A stretch of DNA of 63,885 nucleotides, filler included, from Welwitschia mirabilis (taxonomy: Eukaryota), in assembly GCA_051453625.1 (NCBI GenBank). It is 7 parts of one record of this genome, joined end to end, with 100 filler letters (N's around TTAATTAATTAA, not from the genome) between each part and the next. Parts side by side here need not be neighbours in the genome. Positions count along the whole stretch, not along the records: positions 1 to 25,278 come from JBOZIK010000001.1; 6 more parts are not named here. One strand, 5' to 3'. The position numbers and the translations under genes are program-made. Below the pieces are notes generated by a model. The model ran no database searches. It saw nothing but the letters and a program-made list of their open reading frames with translations, and was not told the origin of the DNA. Each line of letters opens with the position of its first letter. Position 1 is the first letter of the stretch. Shown here piece after piece: positions 12,374 to 25,278 of the stretch.

Positions 12374-15300
12374 AGACTATACCAACATCTAAAGAAAATC
12401 ATACTATAGATCAAATTATAAAAGAGTTTAAAGAAGTAAAACAAGAAAATGAGGAATTAAAAACACAAAAAAAACAATAAATATCATTAAGTATTTCACA
12501 ACAATGTTAGGAACATACACTCAAATAAACTTAAATGCAAAAGTGGTAACTGAAAAGAGTGGGATCATGATTCCAACATATGTTTTGTATGCATAAAACT
12601 ATCATGTAATGAAAGAGTGTCCTTTATTGCCTACTTATAAAGAAATGATTTATGAAGAGATGCATTCATTCAACCAAAAGCCTTTAGACTTTAGAACACA
12701 AAATCAAAATCAAAATCAAAACCAATTTCAACATAGGATGAATGGACAATCACATTTACAATATTTTGAGAACAAATTTAATAAATTTTAATGAAATAAT
12801 CCAAATTTTCAACCATGTAAAAATAGATTTAAAAATGTTAACTTTTAAACAAATAACTCAAACTTCCAACCAAGCAACTCAAATTACAAAGCAAGCACAT
12901 CGAATTGACAAAATCAAAATGATCTACCTAGAAATTCCAACATTGAAAATTGTTCTAATGTTCTTCAAACAACTATACTTGATAATTAAAGATCACAAGA
13001 ATAACTTACAATACAACCTTTACCAAATCCTAATAAATCAAGAAAAGATTATAAGGTTATGCAAGAATTGGAAGTGATACAACACCTTCTACCCATAAGG
13101 CTTTAACATCTTAGAATTATAATAATGATGAAGAAGAAGAGGATATTGAAATATTAAAAAAATATACTTTTCCTTCTCCTTTAAGTGATAATCTTACTAA
13201 GAAAAATACTTTTTAAGAAAAAGGTAAAAAACCTTCTATCCCTTAGCTTTATAAATTAAATATCAATCCTACTTTTGATGAGCATCTTAAAGCCTTAATG
13301 CAAAATGTAAGTATAAATTTATCATTTTGGAAATATTTTCAAGAAAAGTTTAAATATTATAAGTTATGAAAATATATAATTAAGAGGAAATAAAAATGAA
13401 ATATACCTAGACCATTATTCCTATCCTAATCTATAATAAACTTAGTTTTATAAAAATGTGTAAAGGATCTAGAGGTAGCAACAGCTGCTATCCCATTAGA
13501 AGGAAATAAAAAATTAAAAAAAGCTTTAATTAATATAGGAATAAGTGTTTACATTAAATCTCTACACATTTTGTAATAACTTAGTTTGGAAAGTAGAATT
13601 GAGCCTATACAAATTGTCTTAAAATGGACAAACACATTAGTAAAGAAATCTTTAGGAGTAATCAAATATTTGGTGATTAAAATTAAAGAAGCATTTTGTC
13701 TAATAAATATGGTTGTGACTAAAGTTTAGTATAATAAATGTTATCCACTACTTTTAGATAGAGTTTTATGTGCAACATTCCATTGTATTATCAATATTAG
13801 AATTGGAATGATGAAATGTCACTTAGAAAAGAAAATTTTACCATTAGAGTTTTTGATATTGCTAAAAAGGATTTAAGTGATGAATTGAATATTAAATAAT
13901 AAATTCAAACAAATCTATTTTTATAACTTTGTTCACTTGAAGAGAGATGGACAATCTTTCATGAGCCTATCTTATTAAATAATCTACTTAAAGTAGAAAA
14001 TTTAAAAGCTTTCAATGATGATTAACTTAACTATGAGCATTTAGGTACTAATTGTTTTGATTAGGAGACTAGGAAAAGTAAAACTGCATCTATAAAGAAG
14101 TATAATATCTGAACACAATTGAGATTTTATATTTTGAGGGGGTCTATCCACAGCAATAATCCAGATGATAGTTTGAGACAATAGTCAACTTTGATAAAAA
14201 TTTAATAGAAAATAAAAATCTAAATTTAAATTTGAAACCTTTATCTAGTNNNNNNNNNNNNNNNNNNNNNNNNNNNNNNNNNNNNNNNNNNNNNNNNNNN
14301 NNNNNNNNNNNNNNNNNNNNNNNNNNNNNNNNNNNNNNNNNNNNNNNNNTTGAGACAATAGTCAACTTTGATAAAAATTTAATAGAAAATAAAAATCTAA
14401 ATTTAAATTTGAAACCTTTATCTAGTGGACTAAAGTACATCTTTTTGTAATGATCAAAACAAACCTTTAATAATAAATTATTCCTCAATAAAAATATTTT
14501 TTAGTCTTATTTTTAAATTTTAAGGTTAATGCATTTGTTTTATCTTATAAAGATTTAATAGCCATTTCTACTACCATTGTTTAACATAAAATCTACCTTA
14601 ATAATAACATAAAAACTATTAGATAATCATAATTTAAACTAAATATAACCCTTAGACAAGTCATAAAGGATGAAATAATTAAATTAATGGATGATAGAAT
14701 TATTTATACTATAGCTAATAGTGAGTGGGATAGCCCTTTGATGGTAGTACCAAAGAAAGTTGAAAAGTGGAGAATGTGTATTGATTTTACAAAGTTAAAT
14801 GAAGTAACCAAGCAATATCATTATTCTTTACCTTTCCTCGATTAGATGCTTGATAGAATCTAAGGCATTCTTTTTATTGCTTTCTTTATGGGTATAGTGG
14901 TTACAATCAAGTTTGTATAATTAGCAAGAATTAGACTAAAACTACTTTTGTTTTATCTTTTAGAACTTTTACCTTAATACGCATTCCTTTTGGACTTTGT
15001 GACGCTCTTGATACTTTCAAATGTGTAATGATGAATATCTTTTCAGATTTGTTAAAGTATTTAATTGAAATTTTTATTAATGACTTCTTAATCAATGGTG
15101 AAAACTTTGAACAAATCTTAGAAAGGTTAGAAAAAATCCTTGATAGATGCATTGATAGTGGTCTACATTTGAGTTGGAAAAAAAATTTCTTTTTAGTTGA
15201 TAATGGAATTACTTAAGTCATTACATTTTTAGTAATGAAATTAGGATGAATCCTAAAAACTATATATCATTAAACAACTAACTTCTATAATAAATGTAAA

Positions 15301-16990
15301 GTAAGTTTGAGCTTTCCTTGGTCCTTATGGTTTTTATCATCGTTTTATTTAGGATAATGCTAAAATTCATAGATCCCTTTACTTATTACTTGAAAAAGAA
15401 GCTAAATTTAATTAGAATGAATATTGTCAGATTTCTTTTAAAACACTTAAAAATAAAATCTCTTCTACACCTATTGTAATGTGATCCAATTAGAATAAAT
15501 ATTTTGAGTTAATTTATAATATTAGTAATATTATAGTGATGGGGTTCTTGGATAAAAGTATGAAAATGATTTTAATATTATATCTTATCATAGTAAAACC
15601 TTTTTTAAATATCAAATGAATTACACTACTATCAAGAAATAAATGTTAGTAATAATCTTTTACTTTGATACACCTAACACTATTTTTTAGGCTTCCATAC
15701 AAATGTTTATACTGACCATGTAGTGATTAGATACCTCATAACCAAAAAATACTCTAGTGCTAGACTCATTAGATGGATCCTCCTCATGCAAGAATTTAAT
15801 GTGACCATCATTGATAAAGTAGGGAAGTATAATAATCTAGTAGATCATTTATCACATATTTTTTCTTCTCCTGATGATTTTATGATGAATGATCCTTTTA
15901 TAGATGAATAACTTTTTANNNNNNNNNNNNNNNNNNNNNNNNNNNNNNNNNNNNNNNNNNNNNNNNNNNNNNNNNNNNNNNNNNNNNNNNNNNNNNNNNN
16001 NNNNNNNNNNNNNNNNNNTATGATGAATGATCCTTTTATAGATGAATAACTTTTTATCATTTCTTCTACTCATCCTCCTCTTTATTATCATGATATAGTT
16101 AATTATCTTGTTACCATGAAAACACCATAGCATTGAATTCATAATTAAAGAAAATCCTTTTTCCATATAATAGGTAATTATGCATGGATAGAGTTACATC
16201 TTTACCATAGGTAAAAGAACCAAATAATGAGAAAATGTATGCCAAAATGGAAAAAATCAGACATCCTTAATCTTCGTCATGGTGGTATTTGTGGAGGTTA
16301 TTTTAGTGGACAGAGAACAATAATGAAAATGATTCACTTTGGTTTTTATTAGCCTAGTATTTTTTACAAATATTTTGATTTCACTAAAATATGTAATGGT
16401 TATTAATGTTATTGTATTCTTATTCATTCTCATAAGATGTCTCTTAAATCTAATTCTTAAATGTGAATCTTTTGATTATTAGAGAATTGATTTTACAGGG
16501 CCTATTAAATCACCTTCTATTAATAATAATTATATTTTAGTAGTTATTAATTATGTTACTAAATGATTTATACTTTTCTTAGAACTCGTATTTTTTAGCA
16601 TTTTGGTTTTTCTAGATTACCATTAGTAATTAAAAAACTTACTTTATTAATCAATGTTTTAGAAAACTTCTTTTATTTTTTGGAATTACACATAGAGTAG
16701 CTTGTGCTTATCATCTATAAACTAATAATCAACCTAAAAATGCAAATAGAGAAATAATGAAAATGCTATAACAACTTATCTCTATGGATAAGAAATTTTG
16801 TGTTTTAAGCTTAATAATGTTCTTTAGATTTACCATACTATTTGGTATAATTTTCTTGGTTTTTCACATCATGAACTTGTATATGGAGAAGTTTATACTT
16901 TAGTTATTGATGTGTGTTATAACTTTATCATTTTTCTCATCAACTTAATCTTGTAGGTCTTCATGAAAATCTTAGAATAAGATTAGCCAA
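12374..16990 (+). pseudogene. Athila-type Ty3/gypsy gag-pol (PR-RT-RH-INT), heavily decayed
   Basis: KALINIGISV protease (about 13520). KWRMCIDFTKLNEVTKQYHYSLPFLD*MLDRI RT (14765). IEIFINDF. ARLIRWILLMQEF RNase H. HGGICGGYFSGQRT integrase zinc finger (16278). Confidence 0.9.
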
Positions 16991-17016
16991 CTTAACCACT
17001 TAGATGTAAAACATCC

Positions 17017-18076
17017 TATTGTGGTATGTATTTATGCATGCTTTCATGTTCAAGCAGATATTATCATTAGTGATCAAAATAGATATTATGCATAATACAT
17101 CATGTTAATATAGTGGGAGTGATCTGAAATATCGTATCTCGTTAAAGTCTATCCGCATGAGACTCAAGTTGCTTTTGCAATTAAATAGAAATCAGAAATA
17201 ATGAATAACAATGCAAGGAAATAAACTATCATGCAAAGTGTAATATGCAATCTTAATTAACATGTAATGTAAATAACCCTAACCCTACTTGATTTTCAAC
17301 CTTAAGAAAGGCTACCCTTGATAATCTATATCACCCAAGAAATTTTCACGAGATCTTGGAAAACATTAGACTATAAAAAACATAAGAAACCCTACAATGT
17401 AAACATAAGATAAAACCAAGATTTATATTAAAATGGTAATAATATCCAAGTTAAAAAATAGCCAAGTCTTAATGGAAGATACTCAACCCTCCACTAAGTG
17501 CTTGTCTTTCTGTAACTTTTAAGATAAATCTATTTCCCTTTAGTCTCCTGTCATGAGAATCTTTAGTGCATCAAAATAAGAAGGAGATTTGAAGGAGGGT
17601 CTTATTTATAGAAAAATATAATAGAGATGGATAGACAGAAGGTTTATTTACGCGCACTCATTAAGGGCTCAGAAACAGATGAAACAACTGAGGGAATCTA
17701 TCAGTGATAGTTACATATTAGTGTCATCCAGGCTGTCATCCAAATAATATGGGGGACAAAAACTAATAAAAAATATCTTCAAAATGATGACTCATCAGTC
17801 CACATAAGAAGTCATCATCCTACCCGTTATGTGAATGATAGAGGAGATGACGATCTTTTTTAATGTCTTTCTTTAGGAGAAATGTAGTAGTTTTCTTATG
17901 AAAATATCTATTCATCGGAAAGTGCCTTAAATACAACAAATTTGGAAAATAACTGCACTTTTCTAGAATTTTCTTTTGTATCTCCAAAATCCTTAGAATT
18001 ACACTTAAACCTATATAAAAGTCCTATAAAACAACTCATAAAACCCTTCAAATNNNNNNNNNNNNNCAACACAACA
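17017..18076 (-). repeat. Athila-type 3' LTR (about 1.06 kb), inserted at the end of the gag-pol
   Basis: Minus strand reads PPT AAGTGGAGGGCTA then TGTTG at 18076, and ends GCATAAATACATACCACAATA at 17017. Homologous to 52656-53715. Confidence 0.85.
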
Positions 18077-19960
18077 TAGCCCTCCACTTAGCCTTTATCA
18101 TTCCTTGCCAAAAACAAGATGGAAAAATTATAATTGCAGGCCAATTTATTTTTCAAAAGATAATCTAAAAATCATAAAATAGGCTCATAAAAATACATTA
18201 TATAGATAAAAAAACAAGTAATGCATAATGTGTATGAAAAATTTAAAAATTTTATGTCATAAATGCATTTAGAAATTTTGAAAAAGAGTTATGCAAATGG
18301 ATCTCTAAAACCCCCTTCCCCCCATATTGCCAAATAAAGAAAAGAAGGTAAACAGGANNNNNNNNNNNNNNNNNNNNNNNNNNNNNNNNNNNNNNNNNNN
18401 NNNNNNNNNNNNNNNNNNNNNNNNNNNNNNNNNNNNNGAGACATGAAATACTCTAACAGGTAGAAAAGAGTGGACGAAAAGGTGTTTCACCATAATAAGA
18501 ATATAAGTATTGCTTTACAACACCAAAATCTAAAAAATAACACAACTGTAAATAAGAAATTAACTTTTATTAAAACTAAAATAGGAAAATATGTTAATAA
18601 AATATGAAATAACTTTGATATAACTAACAAAACCACAAAAGAAAACAAGAAGAATGGGCATAAGATAACATAAACAAAAGATAGCTCACCACTCTAANNN
18701 NNNNNNNNNNNNNNNNNNNNNNNNNNNNNNNNNNNNNNNNNNNNNNNNNNNNNNNNNNNNNNNNNNNNNNNNNNNNNNNNNNNNNNNNNNNNNNNNNNNN
18801 NNNNNNNNNNNNNNNNNNNNNNNNNNNNNNNNNNNNNNNNNNNNNNNNNNNNNNNNNNNNNNNNNNNNNNNNNNNNNNNNNNNNNNNNNNNNNNNNNNNN
18901 NNNNNNNNNNNNNNNNNNNNNNNNNNNNNNNNNNNGAGTATAGGAAATAAGCAATGCCTCTAATGATATCAAGAACACTACTGATAATACAAATTTGTTA
19001 CCTATGATGAGGGGAGTATAACTACTTTTAAAGAAGTAAGAACCTGTAAAGCATGACCAACTAACCTCCCAGTGGCATTCCCATAGCTACCATATTACAC
19101 TGTCAAAGGCTTTTCTCAGAAATATTTCTCCCAATGTACTTGTGGTAGAACATCATGGTGACCATGTTTTTGAGATAGAAATATAAAANNNNNNNNNNNN
19201 NNNNNNNNNNNNNNNNNNNNNNNNNNNNNNNNNNNNNNNNNNNNNNNNNNNNNNNNNNNNNNNNNNNNNNNNNNNNNNNNNNNNNNNNCCATATTACACT
19301 GTCAAAGGCTTTTCTCAGAAATATTTCTCCCAATGTACTTGTGGTAGAACATCATGGTAACCATGTTTTTGAGATAGAAATATAAAACATCATGGCCTTT
19401 ATTCACCTTTTTTTTTTTTTAATAACAACATTTAACATGACCAAATACTCCAAAAGATAAAGGTAAAAGTCAAAAGATTAGAACAAAAAAGAATAATTTT
19501 TTAACAATCTAAGACATTTTTACCATTAAAAAACCATAAAAAATAAAGCATCTTTCTTTAATTAAAGTTTATGGATGTGTGAATATTCTAATATTGGGTG
19601 AATTTAATCTTACCACTAAAATACCTAAGTTAAAAGACTAGTCATGGAAATAAATACATAACTCAAGTTCAAAATATGATTAAGTAATGCCACAATAATC
19701 TTCTAAAGAAAAAATCTAAGAGAAAATTTAGATGGTTTGCTTGTGAAATTCTAATTTTTCCCATTTACTTCCTATAAATCTCAAGTATTCAAGTCAAAAA
19801 TTTCAATAGAGCCATAAAAATGTATTGTCTAAAAAATAATAGAAAACAAATATTAATAGTTTATTAATTATTGTGTTGCTCATTGACCAGATGATAGAGA
19901 GCATGAAACGCATAGGAAAAAGAAACATAACATAGAAAATTAATAGAAAAAAAATACTAT
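18077..19960 (-). mobile_element. Athila-type PPT plus 3' internal non-coding region
   Basis: PPT at 18077-18092. Conserved block at 19050-19165. Homologous to 42100-43490 and 53716-53960. Confidence 0.75.
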
Positions 19961-19974
19961 TAAAAGGGACTATC

Positions 19975-20106
19975 ATTTGTATATATATGTATATATATAA
20001 TAAGAAAAGTACCGATTTAAAAAAAAGTTAAAAGTGCCTATTTTGCATTCATTAATGCAAACCTTAAAATAGTTTCGTCAAGTTTATCAAAAATGGTAGT
20101 ACAAAT
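19975..20106 (+). repeat. Second copy of the 5' flank of the 28-kb island, cut by SIRE insertion
   Basis: (TA)n then AAGAAAAG..GTTAAAAGTGCCTATTT.GCATTC.TTAATGCAAACCTTAAAATAGTTTC.TCAAGTTTATC, matching 27900-28068. Confidence 0.85.
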
Positions 20107-21453
20107 TAATAGATTATATTTGCCAATTGATATCAAACTAATTCCTTTAGTGTAATCCAAATTTGTTAGATATTGTGTGTAGATGAGTTTGAGTTATGTA
20201 GGTAAAAGATGTGAATCAAAATACACAAAAGGAACTGCTTAGTTATGTTTACCTTCAGTGGGGATTGACTGGATCCTAAAAAGGTCAACTGCATCTGAAG
20301 CAGACATAATAGAAATGAACTGAACCCAGAGGGGTCAACTAAAATATGAAGGGGTCGATCGGACATATGATCTCAAGAAGCAATAGTTCCAGATCAAGAG
20401 AAATGGGGTCGACTAGATATTCATGAGGTCGACTAGATTTGAGGAGCTAACAGTTAAGTCCCAGACTAAAAGGAAAAGGGTTGATTGAATTTTTATGGAG
20501 TTAACTAAACCTGAGAAGCTGATAAGTTCATAGTTCTAGACCAAGAAACAAGAGGTTAACCAGACCTAGGATGGGGTCGATTGAGTTCTTATGGAGTTGA
20601 CTGGATATTTATGCAGTTGACTGAAAAGTACAAAAAAGTAAATCTTGTAGATATTATGTATCCATTACCTATTCATTACCTAGTCATTTTCTAGTCATTT
20701 TCTAGTCGTTTATAGCTATTGGAGGTGTAATTAAATTGTATCAAATCCTATTAATACTCCATTATAAATACCTAGGCAAGAGATGGCCTATAGATATTTT
20801 TGGAACATTTTCAAAATGGACATATTCATTATGAATCTAAAAGATTAAGTAGCATATTTCATTGGAATATCTTTTGTACTAATTTATATCTGATTAAGGA
20901 GATTTATTCTTGGATGAGGACGTCACTTAGAATCAGATCTAAGGACTTCATCACTATATTCATTTGGAGAAAAGCTCCATTTTGTGTACTAATACTAAAC
21001 AAATGATATCAGAGCTACAAAGGATTCATTGTATCACTTCTATTTGTCTTCAAAGGTTGAGACTAAACCTGTAAAAGTCCATTATCAAAGGTTAAGAGTT
21101 AGCCTATAAAAGTTCATTATTAATATTGATAGTTATCCTGTAAACTTTTGCTTATAAGGGTTAATAGGTAAGCCTAGAAAATATTGTAAAGTAATAGAGA
21201 TTTGAGATCAAGCTTGGAAGAAGTTGATAATTAAGAGTAGAGTAGGGAAGTTCCCAAACCACTATAGATCCTGAGAGCATCCAAATTAGTAGTTTCTGTT
21301 TTATGATTTCTACTCTATTTTTTATTTCTTTTATGCATGATCTTGATTTTATTATTTGGTTACATATAATCTATGATTAGTTTTTATTAAGCTGTTTTGA
21401 GCTTAAAGTTTTGGAAAGAACCTATTCACCTCCCAGGGTTCTTAATCTTATCA
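20107..21453 (+). repeat. SIRE family-2 5' LTR
   Basis: Colinear with the inverted LTR 54530-55830. GGTCGAC/GGTCAAC motif array, TATAAATA at 20763. Ends CCTATTCACCTCCC..TCTTATCA. Confidence 0.87.
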
Positions 21454-21455
21454 TT

Positions 21456-21467
21456 TGATATTAGAGT
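21456..21467 (+). other. Primer-binding site (tRNA-iMet-like, decayed)
   Basis: TGATATTAGAGT versus consensus TGGTATCAGAGC, 2 nt after the LTR end. Confidence 0.65.
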
Positions 21468-21519
21468 GTAGGTTAGTCTTTGAGAGATTTTTACATATCT
21501 AGACTTAAAAACCCTAAAA

Positions 21520-24420
21520 ATGAACCCGACTGATGAATTTTCAACTGGTCATCTAACCATGATTAATGGTTTAAACTATTCCTATTAAAAACCCATGATG
21601 ATGATTTTTCTTAGATTCTTAGATTCCGATGTAGAAGAGATCATTTACAGAGGTCATATTATGCCTATAATAGCCCAANNNNNNNNNNNNNNNNNNNNNN
21701 NNNNNNNNNNNNNNNNNNNNNNNNNNNNNNNNNNNNNNNNNNNNNNNNNNNNNNNNNNNNNNNNNNNNNNNNNNNNNNGGATTTTTCTTAGATTCTTAGA
21801 TGCCAATGTAGAAGAGATCATTTACAGAGGTCATATTATGCCTATAATAGCCCAAACAGATGCAAATAGATATACTATCTTTACTCCCAAATCTAGAGAT
21901 CAATGGATTTCCACAAATAAAATCAAAGCTATAATAGATGCCTATTCTCTTAAAGCTATTTTTTGTATAGTATGTATAGATGAATTTAAAATAATTATAA
22001 ACTATAACCATGTAAAAAAGGCTTAGGATATTTTAGAAATTGCATATGAAGAAACATCCACTATTAAACAAGTAAAACTGCAAATTCTTATTTCTAGATT
22101 TAAAGACATTCATATAAATGATGAAGAAACCTTATAGAAATTTTTAGCTAGACTTATAGATATAGTAAACTCAATGGTAAGCCTCGGAGAACATATAGAA
22201 GAAAGCAAAGTGGTAAGGAAAGTATTGAGATCCTTGCCCAAAAGATTTGAACTGAAGGTAACAGCCATCGAAGAAAGCAAAAATATCAATGCAATGGCAT
22301 TATAAGAACTTCAAGGTAATATTCAAAAATATGAACTTAAATTTAATAAAGATAGAATAAAAGTTATTGCTTTGAAATGTAAGCAGGAGAATTACAGATT
22401 TAACAGATTAGATGAAGAACTTGACAATGACAAAGTGGGTCTTCTAGCTAGATTTTTTAAAAGATTTCTCTACAGAAAAAAGAAAGGAGAATTAAGTAGG
22501 AATCCAAGAAAAGTCAATCCAAAACAAAGAAGAGAACAAGACAAGGAAAAGGAAATCCAATACTATTCATGTAAAGGATTTGGACATATGGCCAATGAAT
22601 GTCCCAAAACTAGAAGAAAAAGCAGGAAGCCTAAAAACACCTCATTGATGGCAACTTGGAATAATGAATATGATGAAGATGAAGAAAACTACTCAGATCA
22701 TGGATTAGATAGAGAAAGAAGATTATCCTTTATGGTCCTAGTATCATCTTTTAAGAATGTTCCTAGTACTTCTACCTCAGATGACTTGGATATGATTGAT
22801 GAAAAGGAAGATGAATTAGAAGTAACATGTCAAAAATTATATGAAGAATGTGAGAATCTTACCAAAAGTATACATAATTAAACAAATTAGTAAAGACCAT
22901 TATAAAAGAAAAGGAGGAAGTAGGAGAAAAGTGTAAAGTTTTCAAAGCTAATAACTTTAGGTTAAATACTCAAGTAAATGATCTTTTATTCTTTATTAAC
23001 AAGATTTTTGGTAGTTCATCTAAACTAGAACATATGCTTGGAATANNNNNNNNNNNNNNNNNNNNNNNNNNNNNNNNNNNNNNNNNNNNNNNNNNNNNNN
23101 NNNNNNNNNNNNNNNNNNNNNNNNNNNNNNNNNNNNNNNNNNNNNGAACAAGACAAGGAAAAGGAAATCCAATACTATTCATGTAAAGGATTTGGACATA
23201 TGGCCAATGAATGTCCCAACACCAGAAGAGAAAGCAAGAAACCTAAAAACACCTCATTAATGGTAACTTGGATAATAAAGATAATGAAGATAAAGAAAAC
23301 TACTCAGATCATGGATCAGATAGAGAAAGGAGATTATCTTTCATTGCTCTAGTATTATCCCTCAAAAATGTACCTAGTACTTCAATATCAGAGAACTTAG
23401 ATATGATTGATGAGGAGGAAAATGAGTCAGAAGAAATATATGAAGAGTTGTATGAAGAATGTAAGAACCTTTTCAAAAGAATAAATGAATTGAATAAATT
23501 AGTGAAGACCATCAAAAAAGAAAAGGAGAAAGTAGAAGAAAAGTGCAAAGTACTCAAAGCTGATAACTTTAGGTTAAATATTTAGGTAAATGATCTTTCC
23601 TTATTTATAAATAAGTTTTTACTTGTTCATCTAAACTAAAACAGATGCTTAGAATATGAAAGAAAAATGGAGATAAATCAAGTATTGGGTTTGAAGTACA
23701 AATTTCTCTAAAACAGGTAAACTAAATAAGTAAGTTTGTGTCTAATATCTTATGCAATTTTTGTGATAGACTTGGACATTTTAAGCTATTTTGCAAATTT
23801 AGATATATAATGTTTACCTCTGATCATGTGAATGCTTTACTATTTAAATTTATTCCAAATAATAATATACCACCTAAGTTAAATAAGACTAAGTGGGTTA
23901 AAGATAATAATCTCCAAAGCTTTGTGTTATAGATAAATTGTAGAGAATCTCATGTGAAAAGCTAGTATCTAGATAGCAACTATTCAATGTGCATGACATG
24001 AGATAAATCAAGTTTTTAAAGGTTAAAGAGCATAAATGGTGGAGAAGTCATTTTTGAAAACAACCAAATAACAAAAATAGAAGGTACAAGAAGCATCAAA
24101 GGAGGTATATCATCTAATCTCAATAATGTACTTTATATAAATGGATTATAACATAATTTATTAAGTGTTAGTCAACTGTTTAATAAAGGAAATCAAATAA
24201 TCTTTGATAAATTTAAATGTATAGTTGAGAATGAAAAAACAAATCCTATTATTTTATGTGCAACACATGTTGATAATGCTTATAGTTTAGATATTGAAAC
24301 TTTGGATCAATCAATACATGGAAATCAATAATTTAGGAAAGATAGTGATAAAATTAAATGTTTTTCTGTCAATTATGATGTAAACTATAGTTCTGATAAT
24401 CATTTTATACCTTATAAAAG
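21520..24420 (+). pseudogene. SIRE gag-protease, decayed; gag C-terminus present twice across a gap
   Basis: MINGLNYSY*KPMM. KVLRSLPKRFELKVTAIEESK (UBN2-type gag). YYSCKGFGHMANECP and CNFCDRLGHFKLFC knuckles. Protease and NVLYINGL.HNLLSVSQL. Confidence 0.88.
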
Positions 24421-24792
24421 TAATCTAGAGTTAGGTACACTACCCCTTGGCTGATTGCAGGGTGATCGACTAGATCTATGATTCGGTCAATCAATCTAAT
24501 AACTCGATTGCCTGGACCTCTTCTAGTATTGTAAACCCATGTCTCAATGAGTCAACTGGATATTGGAGTAGTCGACCGGACCTAATGGATTACAGTGTAG
24601 AAGTATAGTCAGTGGACTTAATTTCTTTGTAAACTCTACCCTATTTTCTTCATTCTATAAAATAGCTAGAACCCTAACCCATTTTCATCTCAATTTAGTG
24701 CCTTTAAGCCTTCAGATCTAATGAGTTTATTTAAGTTTAAGAAATCTTTGCAACTAGATCCAAGGTTTTCTCCTTCTCTTTTAGGTCTTAAA

Positions 24793-25278
24793 ATGGTAGC
24801 AGCACTTCTAGGATAGGACCAAAGGAATGTGCTTCAAGGGATTCTTTTTACTTCTTTCATAGTATGTCTGAAGAAGATTTGGACAAGTTCTATGAAAAGT
24901 TTAAAAAGAAACTTGTGTACCAAGAGCAGTCTATAGCTTCATTAGAGCTTAGAAAGCTAAGAGATGTTATTCAGCTCTTAAGAGATCAATATCTGGATCA
25001 TTTCTTGGATGTTTTAGGTTTTGCATATACTTTTCTTATAAGAATGTTTTACTACAATGCTTTTTTTAATTGTGGTACCAGGACTCTAGAAACCCTAGTT
25101 TTGGGTAGAAGGATAAGAGTAATAGCAGATCTCATTTCTAAGCTGATCAGTCTTCCTCAAGGAGACTATGAGGAACTTTGGTCTCTGAGAGATACAATGG
25201 AAGATAAGACAGCAGTCATCAGGAAGATTTGTGGTAAAATTCATTCTTGAAAGCACACTCTTTCTACTTCTCTATTGA
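24793..25278 (+). pseudogene. SIRE extra ('env-like') ORF, 5' part
   Basis: AYTFLIRMFYYNA..VLGRRIRVIADLISKLISLP, homologous to 8800-9799 and 56692-57734. Confidence 0.8.

Larger units (their letters stand above)
20107..25278 (+). mobile_element. Non-autonomous SIRE-type copia element (LTR-PBS-gag-PR-spacer-extra ORF; no INT/RT/RH)
   Basis: LTR 20107-21453, Met-PBS-like TGATATTAGAGT, gag from 21520, protease YLDSNYSMCMT at about 23965, then directly the spacer and extra ORF. Mirrored by 54530-59450. Confidence 0.87.

Noticed and set aside
3745-12378. Single full-length SIRE 3750-12373 with TSD
   Set aside because: Flanks are GGCCT versus AGACT, the host sequences differ on each side, and 11605-11860 re-copies 10795-11086 after a LINE fragment. 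11605-12373 is probably another LTR.
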